Below, in pieces: positions 50,083 to 59,635 of a stretch of DNA of 64,000 nt. Position numbers and translations under genes: made by a program. The stretch spans positions 150,992 through 214,991 of the forward strand of contig CAXXVK010000010.1 of assembly GCA_963676915.2 (NCBI GenBank). The letters run 5' to 3'. Source of the DNA: Myxococcota bacterium. Its GTDB lineage: Bacteria; Myxococcota_A; SURF-8; G963663525. The stretch's first letter is position 1. The number at the start of each line of letters is the position of its first letter. The notes under the pieces were generated by a model that had not been told where the DNA came from, searched no databases, and was given only the letters and a program-made list of their open reading frames with translations.

Positions 50083-51381
50083 TCAGTCTTCTTTGGGTTC
50101 CAGAGAAGCAAAGGGATCGCGGCCCAGCTTGGCCTCTTTTTCTACCACTTTAGGTTTCGACGTGTTGCTTTCGGCGGATTTTTCCTTCGTTTCGGCTTTG
50201 GTGGCCGGTTTCTTTTTGGTGGTTTTCTTTGCTGCTTTGTCCGACGTTTTTTTCTTCTTCGCTACGGTTTTCTTCGCCTTTTTCGTGGCTTTCTTTTCGT
50301 CCTTCTCCGGCTTTTCTTCCTTTACTTTTTTCTTTTTCGAAACGGCTTTTTTGACCTTTGGCTTATCCTCTTTTTTCGTTTCAGAGGCTTCGGATTTTTT
50401 CTTCACTGCCGTCTTGGAAGCGGACTTTTTCGGTGCCGCCTTGGCCGCGCTTTTCTTTTTGGCCGGAGCTTTTTTCTTGGCGGGTTTCGCTTTCGCCGGC
50501 TTTTCCTTTTCCAGCTTTTCTGCAATCGGGAAATAGGCGGTCATAAACTTTTCGATGCGCAGGTTGAACAGGTCCACCAGCTCGATCGGTGCGGTATGCC
50601 CGCAGCTGGGGAACATGATGTACTCGGAACCTTCGATCGTCTGATGCATTTCCTCACTGAGCCACTTGGGCGTAAAGCCGTCGAACTCGCCCGCCACGAT
50701 CAACGCCGGTACCTTGAACTCTCTCATATGCGCTTTGGCGCTGTGTTGCTGGGCATGGTAGAGCATCGTGGTGAAAAGTTCCGGATCGACGTATCCCAGG
50801 TGCCAGAGGTAGGGCATGAAATCGTCCTTGTCGATCAACTCGCCGTTGACTTCGGTGTTGATCGCCACTTTCCAGGCGATTTCGGAAGGAACTACCGTTT
50901 GCATCACCAACGTTACAAGGGACTTATGCCGGGAAACGAAATTTTTGACATAGGGAATCAGTTTTCCACCCAACGAGCTGCCATTGAAGGTGTTGAGCGG
51001 TTCGCCGTACGACCCACAGACCGGCACCAGCCCGGCAACGTGCTTCGGATAGAGATGCGCAAACTCAAAAATCACCTGTACGCCCATGGAATGTCCCATC
51101 AGCACGGCGGGAGGTAGCTCCAACTCTTTGAAAAGACAATCGATATCGTGACAGAGGTGCTCGATGCCGACGTTTTCCAACTTCACCGGCATCTGGCTTT
51201 TTCCATGACCTCGATAATGCATGTGCACGAAACGATAGCGGTCTTTGAGGTAGGGAATCAGGTGTTTCCAGATGAAGCCATCGCAACCGATGCCGTCGCA
51301 CAACACCACCGGCTGTCCTTTGCCGAATTCCCTGTAATACAGGCGGGTTCCGTCGTGGCCGGTGATCATCCCGTCTCGCAT
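50083..51381 (-). CDS. Alpha/beta hydrolase with C-terminal histone H1-like Lys/Ala-rich tail
   Basis: YRGHG, GHSMG, GEFD, GHTAP; ~140-aa KKAPAKKK-rich tail. Confidence 0.88.
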   Translation of the reverse strand: MRDGMITGHDGTRLYYREFGKGQPVVLCDGIGCDGFIWKHLIPYLKDRYRFVHMHYRGHGKSQMPVKLENVGIEHLCHDIDCLFKELELPPAVLMGHSMGVQVIFEFAHLYPKHVAGLVPVCGSYGEPLNTFNGSSLGGKLIPYVKNFVSRHKSLVTLVMQTVVPSEIAWKVAINTEVNGELIDKDDFMPYLWHLGYVDPELFTTMLYHAQQHSAKAHMREFKVPALIVAGEFDGFTPKWLSEEMHQTIEGSEYIMFPSCGHTAPIELVDLFNLRIEKFMTAYFPIAEKLEKEKPAKAKPAKKKAPAKKKSAAKAAPKKSASKTAVKKKSEASETKKEDKPKVKKAVSKKKKVKEEKPEKDEKKATKKAKKTVAKKKKTSDKAAKKTTKKKPATKAETKEKSAESNTSKPKVVEKEAKLGRDPFASLEPKED

Positions 51382-51584
51382 GGCTTCCTCCTAAGCGACT
51401 CGTTGGATTGTCTCTCCCAAAATCCTTCCGGTCGGGCCACCACGCCCGAACGCGAGATATGATATTTCTTATGACGCGCTACGGCAAGAAAAACCCAAGG
51501 AAAACTCACGATCGCGAGCGTACAGAGTATCTTTGGAAATTTTCTCTTTTTTACTGCTAGCTTAATAACCCGTGTCGTCGGTAT

Positions 51585-52781
51585 CTACTTCTTTTTCGGT
51601 TTCAATGAACCCGCCCGATGCACGCTCCCCAGTCCGAAGCGTTCCTCGATGGAATCCAGGGTGCGATCCAGTTTTTCCCGGCGCGGATCGGGGCGATCTT
51701 CGGGAAAAAGCTGAAGTTGCTCGGGTTCGTCGGTTACCAGATCGGCCACTCCCAACCCGATCAGACGCACGGCGTAGTGTCGAAAACCGCAATGTTCGTA
51801 TAGATTCCAGGCCGCCTGGAATATCTCGTCGTCCAGATCAATGGGACGCTCCAGCCGTTTCCGTCGGGTGTGCGTCTCGAAACCTTTCAGGCGGATTTTC
51901 ATCGTGGCGGTATGACCTTTGAGTCCTTTTTTTCTCAGCCGTCGTCCAACTTCTCGCGATAGATCGCGCAATGTGCGGTTCAGTATGGCTTCTTCGGTGA
52001 CATCTTCCTGATACGTTACTTCCTTGCTGACCGATTTCCTTCCCACGCCCTGCTCGACCGTCGCCGACGAACGCCCCCAGACCTGCCGAAAAAGCGCCCT
52101 GCCAAAATGTTCGCCCAGTTTCCGAATCAGGTAGGTTTCATCGCACCGGCGAACGTCCGACACCGTGCGACATCCCATCGAATACAGCTTGTCCCGACCT
52201 TTCGCACCGACGCCGCGCAGTTTGCCGACATCCAGCGGCGCTAGGAAGTCGAGCAACTCCTCTGCCGCGACGATCACCAACCCGTCCGGCTTTTCCAGAT
52301 CGCTGGCGATTTTCGCCGCCATTCGGTTGGGAGCGATGCCGACGGAAGCGGTCAGGCGAAGTTCCGTTTCGACCGTCTTTTTGACTTTTTCACCGATATG
52401 ACGCGCTTCGCCCCATAACGCCGTACAACCGGTGAGATCCACAAACGCTTCGTCCACCGAAACCGGTTCCACCACGGGAGAAAACCGGCCCAGAACCTCC
52501 ATAACCTGCCGGGAAACCTCCTGATATCGGGACATGTCCGGCGGAAGGTAAACGCCCTGGGGACAACGACGGTAGGCTTCGGAAATCGGCATCGCCGAAT
52601 GAACACCGAAACGCCGGGCTTCATACGAGCAGGTCGAAACGACCCCACGAGATCCCGGAGCCGCGCCGACGATCACGGGCTTTCCGAGCAGTTCGGGGCG
52701 GTCCCGTTGCTCCACGGAGGCGAAAAAGGCATCCATGTCCATGTGCATGACGAGGCGGGCGGTCGTGGAATTCTCTGCCAT
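51585..52781 (-). CDS. dinB: DNA polymerase IV (Y family)
   Basis: HMDMDAFFASVEQ, SYEARRFGV, SVDEAF, KPDG. Confidence 0.95.
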   Translation of the reverse strand: MAENSTTARLVMHMDMDAFFASVEQRDRPELLGKPVIVGAAPGSRGVVSTCSYEARRFGVHSAMPISEAYRRCPQGVYLPPDMSRYQEVSRQVMEVLGRFSPVVEPVSVDEAFVDLTGCTALWGEARHIGEKVKKTVETELRLTASVGIAPNRMAAKIASDLEKPDGLVIVAAEELLDFLAPLDVGKLRGVGAKGRDKLYSMGCRTVSDVRRCDETYLIRKLGEHFGRALFRQVWGRSSATVEQGVGRKSVSKEVTYQEDVTEEAILNRTLRDLSREVGRRLRKKGLKGHTATMKIRLKGFETHTRRKRLERPIDLDDEIFQAAWNLYEHCGFRHYAVRLIGLGVADLVTDEPEQLQLFPEDRPDPRREKLDRTLDSIEERFGLGSVHRAGSLKPKKK

Positions 52782-52807
52782 GATCGTACCGAAAAGTCAG
52801 GCCCGGT

Positions 52808-53758
52808 TCAGGCGTGCAATGCCCGACCGATGACTTCATCGACGCGGACTTTCGGCGAGCCGTCCGAATTGAGGGGACAATGGATGTTGAATTGGCTCGT
52901 ATTGAAACGAAAATGCGTGTTTTCGCGGGTTTCTCGGCAGATTTGTCGATACTCCCGACTTTCGAAATGGGCTTTCAGTCGATCGTTCAAGGGAAGAATC
53001 TGTTCTTCATGGAACCAATCGAACTCCGCACCCACGCGCTCTTCGACCACGCAATGCAGCAGGCGTCCCCACGAAACATGGGAGAGCGGATAAGGTTCGA
53101 GGTCACGCATCAGGGCTTGCAGTTTTCCTTCTGTCACCGGGTTCAGGTAGTGAAATTTATACGAATACAGCACGGCATTGTGTAAGTATTCCGGGGTGTT
53201 GGCCACCCCGCCGTAGTTGTTGCGTTCTCCCATGGCAATGAAAATACGCATGATGTCTTTGCCGATTCTCAGGCCGGGGTGCCGTTGACCGGGAAGGGCA
53301 GGGAGCGGTTTTTCGAACGGAGCGAAAGGGTTCTGAAGGCAAAGCCACTGAATGAAAATCATCGGCAGCACCACACCGTGCAGATCCTTTGCACACTCTG
53401 CATGCGTAGAAAACGCGCCGTCGTGAATAAACGTTTCGATCAGCAGGTTTTCGGGTTGCGAGTTTCCGTTGTAGATACGAACTTCCCACACTCGCCGCTC
53501 TCGGGCTATAACTTTGGTACGCAGATCCGTAAATCCCGCGCTTCGTAGTTTCTGGGCGATGCCGTAGTGTTCAAGGCGTTCGGCTACCTGATCTTTATCG
53601 TATCGTCCCAATAACTTTGCCGGAGCCCCCAGATTCACCATTTTCCAGTCGTAATCCTCGTTCGACGGTAACAAGGTTTCGACATCGATATCCAACAACT
53701 CCAGGTGAAGCAGGTTGTTCAAGGCTTGTTCCAACCATTTCGGTCGTCGTGGCGGCAT
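52808..53758 (-). CDS. Conserved hypothetical protein resembling the C-terminal domain of myxobacterial deacetylase-family proteins
   Basis: FIQWLCLQNP...LPGQRHPGL...PEYLHNA...EGKLQALMRDL; resemblance recalled, not searched. Confidence 0.65.
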   Translation of the reverse strand: MPPRRPKWLEQALNNLLHLELLDIDVETLLPSNEDYDWKMVNLGAPAKLLGRYDKDQVAERLEHYGIAQKLRSAGFTDLRTKVIARERRVWEVRIYNGNSQPENLLIETFIHDGAFSTHAECAKDLHGVVLPMIFIQWLCLQNPFAPFEKPLPALPGQRHPGLRIGKDIMRIFIAMGERNNYGGVANTPEYLHNAVLYSYKFHYLNPVTEGKLQALMRDLEPYPLSHVSWGRLLHCVVEERVGAEFDWFHEEQILPLNDRLKAHFESREYRQICRETRENTHFRFNTSQFNIHCPLNSDGSPKVRVDEVIGRALHA

Positions 53759-53898
53759 GGGGTTCCTTTCGTAAGGAAAGGAGATCGATCACGGTATGGT
53801 ATCCACCGATTCCATTCCTTTACTATACAGGAAACGGTGAAAATCGTCTATAGGATCATTGCGGATGACAAGACCGTACTATCCGAAATGGTAGTAAA

Positions 53899-55182
53899 CT
53901 ACGGCTTCCCCTGTACCGCAAACCCTCGTGAAATCCGTTCGGCCAGGTGCTCTCCGATGATCCGGTGTCCCAGGGCGTTGGGATGAATCGGGTCGGTTTC
54001 GGGACTGACGAACAGATAGCGGGTTTCTTTTTCGAACGCTGCCGGAACATCCACGAGCGGTGTCCCGGTGGTGTGGGCGATCCGTTCCATGATCGCGTTG
54101 TACTGCAATCCCATGCGACCGCAGCGCTTCGATTCGCTCGCCATGGTTTTTCGAATGGCTTCCCTCGCCTCGTCATCTCGTCCAAGCTTCCTGCAACATC
54201 GAGCCATCGTGTAATGGGCTAACGCCAGATCCGGCGCTAGTTCGAGCGCTTTTTCAAGCTCGGGTAACGCGTCCTCCCAGCGGTTTTCTTCGGACAACCG
54301 AACGCCTTTTTCCAAATGATCGTTTGCTTTTTCAAGGGTTTTCGCATCGGGCACGATTCCGGCAGGGAGATGGACCGGCATCTTGATCAGCCACACCCGA
54401 ATACCCTGCGCTTTCGCACTTTCGATAATGGCTTTTACATTTTCCTCGTAGTGACGTGGAGAAACCCGCACCGACTGGGGACGATACAACTCCATCGGTT
54501 TACCGTCCACCGTATCCGTACCACCCGCCAACGTCACAGACAGACGGTTCAATAACCTCACCAACAAGCTTCTCATCAATAGATTTTGCAGTGTGACTCC
54601 CACCAAGCCGGCAGGTTCCAGGCTGCGATCGGGGCGACCATCGGAGCGGAAAAAGCGGTAGGAATCCACATCGTTGATCACGTAGGAAACCGTAATTATG
54701 TCAGGGTGTTGTGGTGCAATTTCCCGTTCGAACAACAACCGTCCCTGGTGGGAGGAATAGCCGATCATCCCCCCGTTGGTCACTTGAACCGGACGCTTGA
54801 GTGACGCCGACAACCGATGCTGAAGAACCTGACTGTAGGTTTCGGAAGCGTCCACGCCCCATCCGAAGGTTGGCGAGGCTCCCAGGCAAACGATACGGAG
54901 TGCCTCCGACGGGTCACCATCCTCCCGAGCATCTTTCTCTGCCACCCGAAATCCTCTTTCGTCGGTGACAACCGCATGCTCTGCAAAGATCGTATCCAAC
55001 CCGGAGCGCTGCCGCCAGAACAACACCGGATCTTGCTCCAGTATATCGAGAATCTGGTCCAACTCGCTTTCGTCCGTGACCCATCGGGCAACCAGTTCCA
55101 GCGCCACGAACAAAAACAAACCGAATCCCACTGCAAGCAGGCGGGCCAGTCGTTCCACGTTTTTTCGGCTTCGTAAGGTCAT
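53899..55182 (-). CDS. Membrane-anchored SGNH/GDSL hydrolase-fold protein with TPR insertion
   Basis: N-terminal TM; CLGASPTFG, NGGMIGYSS, VIND, DPIHPN; TPR ALELAPDLALAHY. Confidence 0.85.
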   Translation of the reverse strand: MTLRSRKNVERLARLLAVGFGLFLFVALELVARWVTDESELDQILDILEQDPVLFWRQRSGLDTIFAEHAVVTDERGFRVAEKDAREDGDPSEALRIVCLGASPTFGWGVDASETYSQVLQHRLSASLKRPVQVTNGGMIGYSSHQGRLLFEREIAPQHPDIITVSYVINDVDSYRFFRSDGRPDRSLEPAGLVGVTLQNLLMRSLLVRLLNRLSVTLAGGTDTVDGKPMELYRPQSVRVSPRHYEENVKAIIESAKAQGIRVWLIKMPVHLPAGIVPDAKTLEKANDHLEKGVRLSEENRWEDALPELEKALELAPDLALAHYTMARCCRKLGRDDEAREAIRKTMASESKRCGRMGLQYNAIMERIAHTTGTPLVDVPAAFEKETRYLFVSPETDPIHPNALGHRIIGEHLAERISRGFAVQGKP

Positions 55183-55194
55183 AACGGTAGAGTA

Positions 55195-56028
55195 TCAGGA
55201 GTTCCGGTCGATCATACGAGAAAGATCCGTGTTTTTATCCTCAAGTCGATAGCGTTCCAAATGTTCGGCCACACGGGCGATTTTCTGCCGATAATACCGC
55301 TGAATCCCTTTTCGGTAGGCGTCTTCACCGTGGCGGGGAATATAATATCCCAATGCAAAGGCATTGAGCAACGTCAATTGAAAACAGCGGGCTTGCATGC
55401 TGCGGTCGGTTTCGGTGCCTTTCAGATTCTCTTCCTCGGAAAGTCCGAAATCCACCAAAAGTCGGCCCGTCGTGCGCTGTTTTTCTTCCTCGCTCGATGA
55501 TTTTTCCTCCTTCGGAATCAAACCGACTTTGTGTGTCCAGTCCAATCCGCCGGGAGAATCGTAGTCGAATACCGGATTTTGGTAAACAATCCCGAAACGG
55601 GCATACAGGTTACGAAGTTCATCCAGAACCTCTTGCATCTGAGCGGGAAAATGCGACATATGCCGGTTCGCGCCGTCCGCAACCTCGCCGATGCCATGAT
55701 CGAGGCAATATACGAGCGTCCGCACGTGCATGCTCAATTTGCACAGACCACAGGTGGTCAGGTTGAAAAAGCCGAACTTGCGGACATTCTCCCAATAATT
55801 CAGGTAGGTTACCCAACGAAACAGACGGTCCACATCGTAGATGCGATGTTCGAAGCGTTCACCGAACCTTTGTTCGAGCAAACGAACGTTGGTACGGCTG
55901 TTTTCGGGTTTGGAAATCCCCGAATGCCCATAGGACAGCAGGTGCAGACGGTCGTAGGATTCGGCCAGCAACGCCACGGCGGCGGTAGAATCGGTTCCTC
56001 CCGAAAAAAGTACGGCGATTTCCTTCAT
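55195..56028 (-). CDS. PP-loop (adenine nucleotide alpha hydrolase) ATPase
   Basis: LFSGGTDST PP-loop; CGLCK. Confidence 0.8.
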   Translation of the reverse strand: MKEIAVLFSGGTDSTAAVALLAESYDRLHLLSYGHSGISKPENSRTNVRLLEQRFGERFEHRIYDVDRLFRWVTYLNYWENVRKFGFFNLTTCGLCKLSMHVRTLVYCLDHGIGEVADGANRHMSHFPAQMQEVLDELRNLYARFGIVYQNPVFDYDSPGGLDWTHKVGLIPKEEKSSSEEEKQRTTGRLLVDFGLSEEENLKGTETDRSMQARCFQLTLLNAFALGYYIPRHGEDAYRKGIQRYYRQKIARVAEHLERYRLEDKNTDLSRMIDRNS

Positions 56029-56198
56029 CCACCGTTCTCCTTTCGTTCGAGACGCTTCAGCATCCAGCGCATGAGAGCATAATATAATCCGTAAAGACCT
56101 TGCGCGACCCAGCCCAGCCCTTCCGCCAGCGCGACACGCAACCGCCAGGGTAGCAAAAGCGCTAGAAGAAGCAGGAAAAAGAGCATCAGCCGTTTCAT
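56025..56198 (-). CDS. 57-aa membrane microprotein (absent from the ORF track)
   Basis: MKRLMLFFLLLLALLLPWRLRVALAEGLGWVAQGLYGLYYALMRWMLKRLERKENGG; ATGA overlaps with both neighbours. Confidence 0.75.
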   Translation of the reverse strand: MKRLMLFFLLLLALLLPWRLRVALAEGLGWVAQGLYGLYYALMRWMLKRLERKENGG

Positions 56199-57643
56199 GT
56201 CTTTTTCCCTTCCTTCGTTCCTGCCATCAACCGCCGCACCAAAAACGCCTGTAAGCCCAGCGCTAATGCTTCAGCCACTCCACGCAAAAAACGCCATTTT
56301 TTCGGTGCTTTTATAAAACCTCGCCACAAACGGCGAAAACTGAACACGAACCGTTCCTGGGCCAGCAGGATCAGTTCGTTCAACTCGGTCACATCCAATT
56401 CGCCGTAACTGCGAGCATACGAGAAAAAATGATACTCCGCGAAATTTTCGGGACGGGTTCCGCTTTCTTTCGAATGCACTTGCTCGAAAAATCCGCTTCC
56501 CGGATACGGCGTCGCCTTGAAAAAATAGGCGGCATCCAAACTCGAACGTACGGCGAAATCGATGCTGTCGAGGATTTCCTCGCGGGTCTGCGTGGGAAAA
56601 CCGAACATGAAATACGCCCCAGTGAGAATCCCGATTTTCGAGGTTTTTTCAAAGACTTCGGATGCTTTTTCCACGTTCAGGTTCTTGCCAATCACCTTTT
56701 GTAACCGTGGAGAAGCGGTTTCGAAACCGTAATTGACTTTGTAGGTTCCGGCTTTGTAAAAAAGCTCGATCAACTCATCGGTCATGATATCGGCGCGCAA
56801 TCCATTGGGAAAAGCAAAAGACAAGTCCATCCCGGAGTCAATTACCCGCGTCATGATCTCTTTGGCGCGCTTGGCGTTGAAATTGAAGATATCGTCGAGA
56901 ACGTGCACCTCTCGAACGCCGAATTCCTCGTACAACCGTTTCAATTCATTAAAAACGCTGTCTGCGCTTCGGGCACGAACCCTTTTCCCGAAAAGATTGT
57001 GGCAAAAATAGCAACCGTACGGACATCCTCGCGAGGAGGACAGCACCGCGTAATAGTCCGCCTTCAATGCCCCGTTCCAGTTGGCGAACGCGGCGTAGTA
57101 TTTCATATCAATCAGATCCCAGGCCGGAAACGGCAGGTCATCGAGATTTTCGATAGGGGAACGCTCGGCATTTCGGACACGTTCGCCGTCCTGTCGGCTA
57201 ACCAATCCAGCGATGGACTCGAACTGTGAACCATCTTCATAAGCATCCAGAATTTCAGGAAAACTCTCTTCCGCCTCACCGAGAACGATCAGATCGAGGT
57301 TGGCATCCCCCAGCAGATCTTCTCCGGCAACGGTGGCATGAGGTCCGCCAACCAGCGTCAATGTATCCGAACGAGCGGCTTTGACAACTCCGGCCAGCTC
57401 GTGCAACAGGTCGTCCTCGCAGCTCATCACACTGAAGCCGACGATATCGGCTTCCCCCGAAGCGAGCTGCTTGCGAACCGCTTCCTCTCCCAAAATTCCG
57501 GTATCGAGAATGCGTATCTCGTAGCGCTCTGCAAATCGCTCACGCACCACAGCGGCCAGCGACAACAACCCCAACGGAGGAACGGGACCGCCACCTTTAA
57601 GGAATTTGAACGTTCGGACGAACCATAGTTTCCGTTGGTGCAT
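56195..57643 (-). CDS. Cobalamin-binding radical SAM enzyme
   Basis: PPLGLLSLAA, GGPHAT B12-binding domain; SRGCPYGCYFC; DDIF; GFET; TPYPGS. Confidence 0.92.
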   Translation of the reverse strand: MHQRKLWFVRTFKFLKGGGPVPPLGLLSLAAVVRERFAERYEIRILDTGILGEEAVRKQLASGEADIVGFSVMSCEDDLLHELAGVVKAARSDTLTLVGGPHATVAGEDLLGDANLDLIVLGEAEESFPEILDAYEDGSQFESIAGLVSRQDGERVRNAERSPIENLDDLPFPAWDLIDMKYYAAFANWNGALKADYYAVLSSSRGCPYGCYFCHNLFGKRVRARSADSVFNELKRLYEEFGVREVHVLDDIFNFNAKRAKEIMTRVIDSGMDLSFAFPNGLRADIMTDELIELFYKAGTYKVNYGFETASPRLQKVIGKNLNVEKASEVFEKTSKIGILTGAYFMFGFPTQTREEILDSIDFAVRSSLDAAYFFKATPYPGSGFFEQVHSKESGTRPENFAEYHFFSYARSYGELDVTELNELILLAQERFVFSFRRLWRGFIKAPKKWRFLRGVAEALALGLQAFLVRRLMAGTKEGKKT

Positions 57644-57652
57644 GAAAAACGC

Positions 57653-57889
57653 CTAAAAAATGGCGTAAATAGCGGGAAGAATGGAGGAATTTCCGGTAAG
57701 CGTAAGAAACAGACCCAGAAAACCCAGCACCAGCCAGAAGGGGATCAAATAGTATTTTTTACTTTCCCGGATACGCAGAAACAAGTACAGCAACAGATCC
57801 CGATTGCTCTCGAACTGGGGATACTCCTGGTTTTCGGATTCCGTTTCGTGCTCCTGCTTTACGGGTTCATCGGGGAGGGGGGTAGTCAT
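57653..57889 (-). CDS. DUF5989 (SxtK-like) small membrane protein
   Basis: KKYYLIP...SSILPAIYAIF C-terminal signature. Confidence 0.8.
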   Translation of the reverse strand: MTTPLPDEPVKQEHETESENQEYPQFESNRDLLLYLFLRIRESKKYYLIPFWLVLGFLGLFLTLTGNSSILPAIYAIF

Positions 57890-59379
57890 TGTGCAATCAC
57901 CCTTTCCTTTACAAGCGTCTCGTAAAGCGTCTCAACCATAACCTGATGCCCCAGCGGAGTGCAATGATCATCGTCCAGAAAATACTTGTTTTTCGGCGAT
58001 AATGCATCGAAAACCGGGAGGTGATCGACCAACGGAAGCTTGTGTTCCTTGGCCGCAGCCTTCAAAGCACTGTTGGCTAAAGGATATTCGATGGGATAGG
58101 TCTGCAACACCAAGGGAGCCTGGCTTTTGCGGTGAATCATGCGAATGATGGTGTCCAGGTCGTCTTCGATCCAATCCTTGACTTGGCGTTCCCACGTCAA
58201 TTTGTCCTCGAAAATCCGAATGTACGGCTCCAAAAACGGACTGGGCTTCGGATCGATGGAATCGAGCGCCTCACGTTGCAGTTTTTTCAGCGTATCCACC
58301 ACCGTTTGGGCATCAATGCGGCTTTGGCGATCGAATACTTTGCTCAACCAGTAGTAATTGTCCTCGGAAATCGGTTTGGCTTTAACACCTTTTAAATACA
58401 CTTCTGCGGCCTGGTCGTATTGGCCATTGTACATTCGATGATCGCCCAAAAATCGAAAATACTCGGAGGCACAGCTTTTTAGTTGTTCCGTCGAAAGTCT
58501 CTGTCCACCGGGAAGCGTGGAATTGACCCACTTCGCCGCTTCAACCAAGTCTTCCTGATCCATGGCCAGGCCAATCATTTTAAACAATACACGATGTTCG
58601 GGATCTTTGGCGTCAGGGTCATCAAGAAAGGCTTTTCCGGCCTCTAATGCATCTTCGTAGCGATTTTCTTTGACATACTTCCAGAATTCGGGGGCACTCA
58701 CGTCACCGGGTTCTGGAGAAGACGCGTACATTTTTCGATAATCGGGAGGATCGAAAGAGCAATTGGAGTGATTTGCTTTGAGATAATTGAGCCGTGTGTA
58801 GGTTTCTCCCAGGTTATATTCTTCTTGGAGATTTTCATCCACGTCGGGTGTTTCCATGAAACTCATGGACATCAACCGCACCATTTGCACGACGCGCCGG
58901 TCGTAAAACCAACTTTTTAGCCTGGACTTCCAATCGTTTTTGCGGTGCTTGTCGAATTCCCACGGATTGAACAAATTGGCAGAACCCACCAATAAAATCA
59001 CCAGATCGGGCCGATATTTTTCGAGAACTCCGGGAAGGTAGGTGATCAATTCAGTCGTGTTGGTCTCGCAAACTCCCTGGTTGAATACCCGAAACGCTCC
59101 CGGACCGTATTTTTCATCCAGCGTTTTTTGCAGATACGCCGGATAGGTTTCGTCATCGTCTACCAAGCCGCCATGGGTGTAGCTATCTCCAAGGCAAAGA
59201 ATCCGCCGCGTTCCCGGGTTGTCGGCGTCAGGCGCACCTATCGTAGGTCGGTCGAATATGTACCGACCTGCAAGAATCAATCCCCCCTCCAACAGCACTA
59301 TGAAGAACACCAAGCTTATCAGAAAAACAAGCCCTCGACCCCAGACTGGAAGAGGTTTCACTGCCCCTTTTTTGTCCAT
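57886..59379 (-). CDS. Membrane-anchored SGNH/GDSL hydrolase-fold protein with TPR-like insertion
   Basis: N-terminal TM; CLGDSYTHG, NQG, GSAN, DDDHCT. Confidence 0.85.
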   Translation of the reverse strand: MDKKGAVKPLPVWGRGLVFLISLVFFIVLLEGGLILAGRYIFDRPTIGAPDADNPGTRRILCLGDSYTHGGLVDDDETYPAYLQKTLDEKYGPGAFRVFNQGVCETNTTELITYLPGVLEKYRPDLVILLVGSANLFNPWEFDKHRKNDWKSRLKSWFYDRRVVQMVRLMSMSFMETPDVDENLQEEYNLGETYTRLNYLKANHSNCSFDPPDYRKMYASSPEPGDVSAPEFWKYVKENRYEDALEAGKAFLDDPDAKDPEHRVLFKMIGLAMDQEDLVEAAKWVNSTLPGGQRLSTEQLKSCASEYFRFLGDHRMYNGQYDQAAEVYLKGVKAKPISEDNYYWLSKVFDRQSRIDAQTVVDTLKKLQREALDSIDPKPSPFLEPYIRIFEDKLTWERQVKDWIEDDLDTIIRMIHRKSQAPLVLQTYPIEYPLANSALKAAAKEHKLPLVDHLPVFDALSPKNKYFLDDDHCTPLGHQVMVETLYETLVKERVIAQ

Positions 59380-59635
59380 CCTACCCCTGTTGTCTAAAAC
59401 CGTGCCGTTTAGATACTTTCGTAGTTAAACAGCGTTGTGTGATGGCGGTCGATCTCTTTCGCGGGGAACGGAATACATTTCTCCATTCAGTAAGATTTGA
59501 ACCGAAACCTTGAAAGTTCCAGCATGAGCCACCATCCTCCCCGATTCGCGGGAACCCCCGCTCTCATCAGTGTAACGAATTGTGGCAGACGGTGTCAACC
59601 CGAATCGGTCACAGTGGGGACGTTTCAGTTGTGAA

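Noticed and set aside
55195-56028. queC gene symbol
   Set aside because: The PP-loop is present but the C-terminal QueC zinc motif and que gene neighbours are not
53899-59379. Saxitoxin biosynthesis cluster
   Set aside because: Only SxtK-like and SxtL-like generic families are present; no sxtA, sxtG or sxtI
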